From a virus: a stretch of 64,000 nucleotides of DNA. Within the stretch, counting starts at the first letter, position 1. Every line of letters starts with the position of its first letter. Both the position numbers and the translations under genes were made by a program. Under the pieces are notes generated by a model. The model did no database searches. It was not told the DNA's origin and saw only the letters and a list, made by a program, of their open reading frames with translations. Location of the stretch: IMG/VR virus record IMGVR_UViG_3300028394_000053, positions 1-64,000 of that record. The stretch is one strand, 5' to 3'. Below, piece after piece: positions 57,267-64,000 of the stretch.

Positions 57267-58118
57267 CTCAAACAACATCTTGGGTAGTTGATTGTGTGGG
57301 AAAGGTTTCAACACTGAATCTGGTTGCCAAGTTAAACTGGCACCCGCTTCAAATCTAAGTCCTTGCTGGGCATGTGCCTGATGTCCCTTGTTTGGCGCAT
57401 GAGCGAACGATTGACTTTTTATCTTGACTAACGCATCTCCGCCCATCCAGCTAAAATGCCAACCAAAATCGTCAAATATTACCCCATTCAGGGTGGGTGT
57501 AACCGGTGGCACCGGAAGATGATAACTGCATCTGACGCGATGTGGTGTAGTCTGTTTCATTACAGAGTTACTGCAAATGCTCATGGCAGTGCGCCAAGTA
57601 AACGGCCAACCGGCCAGTCCATACGGACGTAAATCAGCACGCCCATACAGATTGATCAAGGGCAACTTTACAATATTATTGGGATTGTTACGGGCCACAT
57701 TTAAAGCAAATCCTATATGCTCAGGATTGATGATCTCGTCACAGTCGCTCATCAAGATCCAGGCAGTGTCATCAATTTGATCTAGTATCTGCATGATTGC
57801 ATTGCGCTGTATTCTTTCACGGGCCACGGCCATTATGCTGGCAACATCGCCTCTATCATCCGGATACATGGCTGTAAGATCCTGCTGTTGTAACGGCAGA
57901 TCTATATCTTCAGCATAGTGTAATTCCAGCACAGTGATACGATCTGCTGGAAGACCCAGCTCAGCAATCAATTGTTTTACCTGGAACTGTCTTGGCAAGC
58001 CACTGAAAGTTCTATCAGCTTCGGCTATCACAAAATGATCCACATGATCTCGTAGTAGATTGATCCTTAGCTCTAGTAGCTCGCGCTCGTTGAAGTAAGG
58101 AAAATAATCAATCAGCAT
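57225..58118 (-). CDS. GT17-like (beta-1,4-GlcNAc-transferase-like) glycosyltransferase
   Basis: FPYFNERELLELRI..VDHFVIAEADRTFSG, RERIQRNAI, MSDCDEII, GWHFSWMG. Start at 58118 by TAATG overlap. Confidence 0.75.
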   Translation of the reverse strand: MLIDYFPYFNERELLELRINLLRDHVDHFVIAEADRTFSGLPRQFQVKQLIAELGLPADRITVLELHYAEDIDLPLQQQDLTAMYPDDRGDVASIMAVARERIQRNAIMQILDQIDDTAWILMSDCDEIINPEHIGFALNVARNNPNNIVKLPLINLYGRADLRPYGLAGWPFTWRTAMSICSNSVMKQTTPHRVRCSYHLPVPPVTPTLNGVIFDDFGWHFSWMGGDALVKIKSQSFAHAPNKGHQAHAQQGLRFEAGASLTWQPDSVLKPFPHNQLPKMLFELPRVRKFLLPDLV

Positions 58119-59266
58119 TAGACCTTGAACCAAGTGAGATATTGATGTACCTTGTCTGTTACACTTGCCCAGTCAGCCATTTTAGGCTGCCGGAACAAAC
58201 GAGCTGTGCTGTACCATGGGCTTGAATCACGGTTCAACAGCCAGCGCCAATCCAGTGCAAACCAACTGAGCATGACCCAGGTTGGACGACCCAGCGCACC
58301 CGATAGATGTGCTATGGCTGTGTCAACACTTAGCACCACATCACAGTGATGTATCAAGGCAGCACTGTCAGCAAAGCTCTGTATGCTTCCTGGATAACAG
58401 GCCACTCCAGATGCTACCAGTGCGGCATTTTCTTCATCAGTGCAATCGACTTGTAGATTGATCCATTCATAGGTGGGATTGCGCTGTATCAGGCGTAGCA
58501 TTTCGGCAAACGGCATACCTTTGTGTCGGTTGATCCAGGTGTCTCTACGACCCGACCAGCAAAAGCCCACACGCAATCTGCGCTTTAGGCCTAGTTTTTC
58601 TTGCCATGCTCGTGCCTTCTCAGCATTGGGGGCTAGATAATACTGTACATGGCCAAGATTTTCTAGAGTATTTCCAATCACTCCAGGAATACTCATGATT
58701 GGAATCCAGTAATCAAATCCTGTTGGGGTTTCCTCGTAAGGTATCAATTTTGTTATGCTGTTGCTATTTTGGAATAACGGAATAAGGCTGGCATTTACAT
58801 GTACCCAGACCTGTGCTCCACGCTGGGCTAGATCGCCCACAAAGCGTATAAATTGTAAGTTGTCACCGTGTCCTTGTTCGCCTACTACCAGGACGACTTT
58901 GTCTTTGATATCTTGACCAGTCCACCTGGGTTGTTCATACTTGGGCAACAGGCCGTTTAGGTGCTCGTACTGCCAGCGCCATTCGTATTGCGGCCATCCG
59001 TTTTTGTAGTCACCCATGAGCAACCAGGCCACGGCCAAATTGAATTTGGCAGTGATATTACCAGGATCCAGTTGTATGGCTCGCTGTAAAAAAGCGATGG
59101 CACCTTCGGGTTCAGCGCATTCTCTAAGCACATTGCCGTAGTTGTTGAAACCAGCGGCGCAGTTCCTGTCCAGGGCGATAGCCTGTACATAACAGGCCAG
59201 TGCAGCCTCAGGATTGTTTTGTTCTCTGTGAGTGTTGCCTTGGGCAATTAGATCGTTGGTATTCAT
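58118..59266 (-). CDS. TPR-repeat protein fused to a GT9-like glycosyltransferase domain
   Basis: N-terminal TPRs; EQGHGDNLQFIRF, VGFCWSG, SVDTAIAHLSGALGRPTW, DWRW, SPWYST. Start MNTND at 59266. Confidence 0.8.
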   Translation of the reverse strand: MNTNDLIAQGNTHREQNNPEAALACYVQAIALDRNCAAGFNNYGNVLRECAEPEGAIAFLQRAIQLDPGNITAKFNLAVAWLLMGDYKNGWPQYEWRWQYEHLNGLLPKYEQPRWTGQDIKDKVVLVVGEQGHGDNLQFIRFVGDLAQRGAQVWVHVNASLIPLFQNSNSITKLIPYEETPTGFDYWIPIMSIPGVIGNTLENLGHVQYYLAPNAEKARAWQEKLGLKRRLRVGFCWSGRRDTWINRHKGMPFAEMLRLIQRNPTYEWINLQVDCTDEENAALVASGVACYPGSIQSFADSAALIHHCDVVLSVDTAIAHLSGALGRPTWVMLSWFALDWRWLLNRDSSPWYSTARLFRQPKMADWASVTDKVHQYLTWFKV

Positions 59267-59312
59267 GGCAATATTTAATCTGGGCACTGGTCCGGCAAAA
59301 TATTTCTTCACC

Positions 59313-59413
59313 ATAAATACTTGTTCAACGCAATCAGGCGTTTTATGCTGAACGGGCAACCCAACAGCGTAGCAGAATAGAACCTGCATTGGACTTCTTT
59401 AAGGAGAAAACAA
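59313..59413 (+). promoter_or_regulatory. Late promoter box plus a structured ~95-nt 5' leader
   Basis: ATAAATA at 59313-59319, three hairpins, then SD AAGGAG. Confidence 0.55.
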
Positions 59414-60118
59414 ATGGGCCGTCCTTTAAAAATTAAAAAATCAACCACCATAGACATTGGTTTCAATGACTTTGGTAACCTAGAAGTGCCTGTGATTCCA
59501 ACTGGCATGACCACTACAGACTTTATTGGTGTAGTCGGTGGTGCCAACGCCGGTATTGCAACAGCTGCCTATCCAGTAGTGGCCTGTGATGCCAACATCA
59601 ACGGCGTAGGCAACACCGCCGCTTATATCATACGTCAAAAAGGTGCAACCAAATACCTGGTTGGATCTACAGCCGCTACTACTGCTGCAAATATTGTGGC
59701 CGGCAGTAGTTATCGTATTGTCAGTGTAGGAACTACAACATTTACCGCAATTGGTGCACCAGTTACAGCCACAGTGGGCGATATTTTCACAGCCAATCAA
59801 GCTGGTACCGGATCTGGTACTGTAAACCTGGTAGGGCAGTGCTTGTTGGCCAATCAGGCCAATGCGGCATTACTGACAGCCAACACCATGAGTATTACTT
59901 TCAGCTACGATGGCAATCCAGCCAACGTGACACCGGTAGCAAAATTGGAAAACTTGTATGTGTGGAATTACAACAGCTCGAACACAGCCAACACACAGTT
60001 CAGTTCTACATTCTTTGACACCGGTAATACCACGCCCAAGTCCGGAGCCGAAGTTGAAACATTCACCAATGCAACTGGCGATATTGTGCTTGGGTTGATC
60101 ACAAACTACACATCCTAA
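59414..60118 (+). CDS. Putative virion structural protein
   Basis: 234 aa, Thr/Gly/Ala-rich, strong SD and late promoter; located between capsid and fibre genes. Confidence 0.55.
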   Translation: MGRPLKIKKSTTIDIGFNDFGNLEVPVIPTGMTTTDFIGVVGGANAGIATAAYPVVACDANINGVGNTAAYIIRQKGATKYLVGSTAATTAANIVAGSSYRIVSVGTTTFTAIGAPVTATVGDIFTANQAGTGSGTVNLVGQCLLANQANAALLTANTMSITFSYDGNPANVTPVAKLENLYVWNYNSSNTANTQFSSTFFDTGNTTPKSGAEVETFTNATGDIVLGLITNYTS

Positions 60119-60139
60119 TAGTGACATAACTGGCCATAC

Positions 60140-60159
60140 GATCCCGCTACGGCGGGATC
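60140..60159 (+). terminator. Stable hairpin with a C(UACG)G tetraloop; terminator or mRNA 3'-end stabiliser
   Basis: GATCCCGC-TACG-GCGGGATC is a perfect 8-bp stem, but the U-tail is short. Confidence 0.6.
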
Positions 60160-60244
60160 TTGAGAATTTAGAATCACAAGAAAATAGTAGCAGATAACCC
60201 AGATTTGCCAGCGATTGGTAAATACATCATAATAGGAGAATACC

Positions 60245-63200
60245 GTGGCCGTCACAAGAATAAAAAATAACCAGATCACTGATGCATCAGCTGGCAATAC
60301 CCAACTAGGTATCAATGCAAATACTAAAGTACAAGATCATAGCGTAACTTCAATCAAGTTAGCCAACAACATCACTTATGGTTCAGACCTTACCATCACA
60401 GGTAACTTGAGTGTGACTGGTACAACCACCGCGGTTGATACCACATATACCAACATCCAAGATCCCCTAATCGTATTAGCGGATGGACAAACAGCCAATA
60501 CTCCTACTGTGGACATTGGCTATATCGGTCTACGTGGAAATGCAGCATCTGGTAATATTGCTTCGTTCTGGAACGAAGCCAACAGCACATTTACTGTGGC
60601 CTACACCAATTCTGGTGTTATGGACAACACTGTCGTTGCTATCAACAGCTATGCAGACTTTAAGGCCAACAATATCAACACAGTAACCAATGTCAGTGCT
60701 GGTGCAAACGTCAATGTTGGCGGCAATGTAAATGTAACCAATAATGTAAGTGCTGGTGGTAATATTGTTGCCGTTGTTGACATAACCGGCGGAAATATCT
60801 TCACTGCCAACACTGTAAGTGCAGGCGGTAATGTAGAAGGCAATGCTATACTTGCTCGTAACAGTGGCAACATCAGCACAGCAGGCAATGTTTATGGTGC
60901 TAACGTATTGGCAACTGTAGTAAGTGCTAGTAGTAACGTAACTGGTGGCAATATCAACACAGGCGGATCTGTCAGTGCTGGTGGCAATGTGTCTGCAATC
61001 GCAGTAAGTGCCAGTGGCAATGTAACTGCCAACAATGTAACAGTTGGAAACATTGTAAGTGCAATTGGTAACATTGTTACCAGCAATTTCTTTGTAGGTG
61101 ATGGATACTATATCAGCAACATCAACCCAGGTAACATTGGTACTCCGACCAAGATTCAAAACGGCGGAACCTATGCCAACGCAACTGCAGCAAACGCCAA
61201 CCTAACAATCGCTGTTGGGTCAAGCAGTAACCTAGTAGCCACATTCTATGACACTGGTGTCAACATCAACGGCAATGTAAGTTCAAGCGGTAATATTATC
61301 GCTGTTGCCAATGTAGACGGTGCAAATGTAAATGCCACAACAATTTCTGCTACTGCAAATATAACTGGTGGTAACGTCATATTTGGTTCTGGTGATGTAA
61401 CTGGAACTGGCAACGTATTTGCTGGTAATGTATTTTTTGGCGCCGGTGTTGCAAGCGGAACTGGTGATGTATTTGGCGGCAATTTCTACGCTGGAACCGA
61501 TGTAAGTGCCGGCGGCAATGTTGACGCTAACAATGTAAACGTAACAACCAATGTAAGTGTGGGTGCCAATGTAATTGGTGGCAATGTATTAAGCAACGGT
61601 GCGTTATCAGCAACTGGCACTGCCAATGTTGGTAATTTGGTCACCAACGGTTTGATATCAGCCACAGGCAATGCTCAAATTGGCAATATCTTAACAGGCG
61701 GTCAAGTAAGTGCAAGCGGCAACGTAACCGGCAACGTATTGGTTGGTAGCTTTGCCGAAGTAACAAACACAGCCAATGTTGGTAATTTGACCACACAAGG
61801 CTTTATCAGCGCAACAGGCAATGCTCAAATTGGTAACGTTCTAACTGCCGGTCGAGTAAGTGCAACTGGCGATGTGTTTGGTAACAATGTATCAGCTGTG
61901 GCCAATGTCAACGGTGCAAATGTCAATGCTACAAATGTATACGTTACCAAAGTCAGCGCAAGCGGCAATGTTATAGCTGGTAATGTGATCAGTAACTTCT
62001 TATACAGTGACGGCAGTGCGTTAACAATCAGTGCAGTTGGCACTAATAGCGGTATCAGCATCCTAACAAACGGAACTGGTAACATTGGTGTTGGTAGCAC
62101 ATACATCAACAACTTGGCAAATCCAGAACAGCCACAAGATGCGGCAACCAAGCAGTATGTAGATGACGTGGCTCAAGGACTCAACATCCATGACAGTACC
62201 AGTGCTGCTACCGGCAACACCTTGGCAAATATCACCGGCGGTACTATAACATACTACAACGGTCCAGCCAATAACGGTGTTGGTGCTACCCTGACCACAA
62301 CCGGTTCATATACCAACATTGACGGTGTGGCTATTAACGTAGCCAACACACGTATCTTGGTCAGGGCAGAAGCCAATGCAGTGTTCAACGGTATCTATGT
62401 TTATTCCAATGCAACAGCTATTACTCGTGCCGCAGATTACAACCAAGTGCCAGAAGTTGAAGCTGGTGACTTTGTGTTCAACTTGTACGGTAATGTATAT
62501 GGCAATACCAGCTGGGTACAAACCAGCAACGTCAGCAACGTGGGACAAGCTGGAAACAACATTGTGTTCACACAGTTCTCTGGTCAAGGTACATACATAC
62601 AAGGTAACGGTATTGCTATCGTTGCTAACGAAATCAGCACCAGAATCAATACTGGCAACCTAGAGTATGATGGATCTGGTAACCTACAAGTATCAACCAG
62701 TGCTCAATTCACTACTCCAGCTCTTGGATCAGCAACTGGTACAACAATCAGCTTGACTGGCAACGTAACTGCAAGTGCTGTTGGTGCAACAGAACTCAGT
62801 GCAAGTGGCAATGTTTACGGCGGTAATGTAAGTGCAGCAGGCACTATTGTTGCTGTGGCAAACATAGCCGGCGGTAACTTGTTGACTGGCAACGCGATCA
62901 GTGCAACTGCTACAATCACTGGTGGTAATTTGGTTACAGGTGGATTCCTCAGCGTTGCAGGAAATGCGTTTGTTGGTAACTTGAGCATAGTCGGTAACGT
63001 ATTCAGCGATATTAATATGCTGACCAATATCACAACTGGTGGTTATATAACTGCTATTGGTAATGTAAGTGGTGGAAACGTAAATGCTGTAGCCAATATA
63101 TCAGCAACAGGAAATGTAGTTGGCGGCAACATTATATTTGGTTCTGGTGTTGTAAGTGGAACTGGTAATGTCACAGGCGGTAACGTGATATTTGGCTCTG

Positions 63201-64000
63201 GGGTTGTTAGCGGAACTGGCACAATTAGTGGTGGCAATGTAAATGTAACCACAGACGTTAGCGCAGGCGGAAATGTACAAGCCAATGCTGTACTAGTCCT
63301 TAACAGTGGCGCAATCAGCACAGGTGGTAATGTATCGGGTGCCAATGTATTGGCAACTGTAGTAAGTGCCAGTGGTAACGTGACGGCTAACAACGTGACA
63401 GTTGGAAACATTGTGAGTGCTGGTGGTAACATTGTTACCAGTAGCTTCTTTGTAGGCGATGGTTACTATATCAGCAACATCAACCCGGGCAACGTGGCCA
63501 TAACCAAACTGGTCAACGGTGGTAGTTATGCCAATATTACGTCAGCAGATGGCAACTTGGTAATTGCAGTTGGCGCAGCCAGCAACGTGACAACCACATT
63601 TGCCAATAACTTGTTAGCGGCAAACGGCGTAATCAGTGCCAGTGGCAATATTGTCTCTGGTAACTTGACCATAACTCCAACACAAAGTATTGTTGGTGCT
63701 ATAACAAACGGCAACATCAGCGTACACCCAGATGGAACTGGTGCATTTATTGTTCAAACAGGTGGCAATACTGCTATGTTGATTCAAAGCGATGTGCCTA
63801 ATGCAGAATGCTTTGTACAAATCAACACCACTGGTACTGGACTTGGTGCAGTTGGCGGCGGATCATACAATGGTAGTTATATACTAGGCAACAGCACTCC
63901 TTCGCAGATCAACAATCGGTTGGCTTCTTTTGCTGGTAGAGGATCTGAAAATGGCACAACTCTTACAGTCAGTCCTAGCGCACAAATTACTCTCGACGCA
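60245..64000 (+). CDS. Partial long tail-fibre/adhesin-like protein (>1250 aa), truncated by the right window edge
   Basis: Missing from the ORF track because it has no stop. TAAATA and SD AGGAG precede GTG 60245: MAVTRIKNNQITDAS..; many (V/I)SAxGN(V/I)xGGN repeats and a NLANPEQPQDAATKQYVD motif; spot checks stay in frame to ..SPSAQITLDA at 64000. Confidence 0.8.
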   Translation, partial: MAVTRIKNNQITDASAGNTQLGINANTKVQDHSVTSIKLANNITYGSDLTITGNLSVTGTTTAVDTTYTNIQDPLIVLADGQTANTPTVDIGYIGLRGNAASGNIASFWNEANSTFTVAYTNSGVMDNTVVAINSYADFKANNINTVTNVSAGANVNVGGNVNVTNNVSAGGNIVAVVDITGGNIFTANTVSAGGNVEGNAILARNSGNISTAGNVYGANVLATVVSASSNVTGGNINTGGSVSAGGNVSAIAVSASGNVTANNVTVGNIVSAIGNIVTSNFFVGDGYYISNINPGNIGTPTKIQNGGTYANATAANANLTIAVGSSSNLVATFYDTGVNINGNVSSSGNIIAVANVDGANVNATTISATANITGGNVIFGSGDVTGTGNVFAGNVFFGAGVASGTGDVFGGNFYAGTDVSAGGNVDANNVNVTTNVSVGANVIGGNVLSNGALSATGTANVGNLVTNGLISATGNAQIGNILTGGQVSASGNVTGNVLVGSFAEVTNTANVGNLTTQGFISATGNAQIGNVLTAGRVSATGDVFGNNVSAVANVNGANVNATNVYVTKVSASGNVIAGNVISNFLYSDGSALTISAVGTNSGISILTNGTGNIGVGSTYINNLANPEQPQDAATKQYVDDVAQGLNIHDSTSAATGNTLANITGGTITYYNGPANNGVGATLTTTGSYTNIDGVAINVANTRILVRAEANAVFNGIYVYSNATAITRAADYNQVPEVEAGDFVFNLYGNVYGNTSWVQTSNVSNVGQAGNNIVFTQFSGQGTYIQGNGIAIVANEISTRINTGNLEYDGSGNLQVSTSAQFTTPALGSATGTTISLTGNVTASAVGATELSASGNVYGGNVSAAGTIVAVANIAGGNLLTGNAISATATITGGNLVTGGFLSVAGNAFVGNLSIVGNVFSDINMLTNITTGGYITAIGNVSGGNVNAVANISATGNVVGGNIIFGSGVVSGTGNVTGGNVIFGSGVVSGTGTISGGNVNVTTDVSAGGNVQANAVLVLNSGAISTGGNVSGANVLATVVSASGNVTANNVTVGNIVSAGGNIVTSSFFVGDGYYISNINPGNVAITKLVNGGSYANITSADGNLVIAVGAASNVTTTFANNLLAANGVISASGNIVSGNLTITPTQSIVGAITNGNISVHPDGTGAFIVQTGGNTAMLIQSDVPNAECFVQINTTGTGLGAVGGGSYNGSYILGNSTPSQINNRLASFAGRGSENGTTLTVSPSAQITLDA

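Noticed and set aside
27868-59389. ORF-track starts at 29928, 46126, 46890, 51847, 58133 and 59389
   Set aside because: They create overlaps with neighbouring genes or leaders. Downstream ATGs (29781, 46923, 51886, 58118, 59266) fit stop-start coupling or promoter boxes, and the 46126 frame is better explained by the frameshift.
60376-63820. Many short minus-strand and off-frame ORFs here, and similar ones inside other long genes
   Set aside because: Shadow ORFs of repetitive, codon-biased genes on the opposite strand or in another frame.
1-64000. Stop-codon reassignment as seen in some large phages
   Set aside because: Core genes are full length in the standard code, and TAA, TAG and TGA all terminate genes at sensible positions.

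Overview
This window is a segment of a large T4-like (myovirus-type) bacteriophage genome, read in the standard genetic code. From left to right: (1) a minus-strand cluster of glycosyltransferase-like and radical-SAM genes (1-6888); (2) a minus-strand tail/baseplate module (6961-36754) with fibre-like proteins, a 4594-aa baseplate protein and gp6-, gp25-, gp5-, gp53- and gp54/48-like genes; (3) a plus-strand late sigma factor gp55 and gp47/gp46 (Mre11/Rad50) block interrupted and followed by AT-rich accessory genes; (4) a small GIY-YIG nuclease gene followed by about 430 nt of non-coding, densely base-pairable sequence; (5) a three-gene operon containing an arginyl-tRNA-protein-transferase-like GNAT protein, coupled to a gp26-like chaperone gene that has a candidate -1 frameshift site; (6) a tape-measure-like protein with two putative peptidoglycan hydrolase domains; (7) the head module (portal, protease, scaffold, major capsid); (8) more glycosyltransferases, a virion gene with a structured leader, and a long Gly/Asn-repeat fibre gene running off the right end. 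The strongest candidates for undescribed biology are the GIY-YIG gene plus structured RNA/DNA element (43708-44570), the aminoacyl-transferase-like operon (44571-45843), the T-TTT-TTC frameshift (46075-46081), the structured leader at 59320-59413 and widespread leaderless transcripts. All functional calls come from motif recognition by eye; no database searches or folding programs were run.
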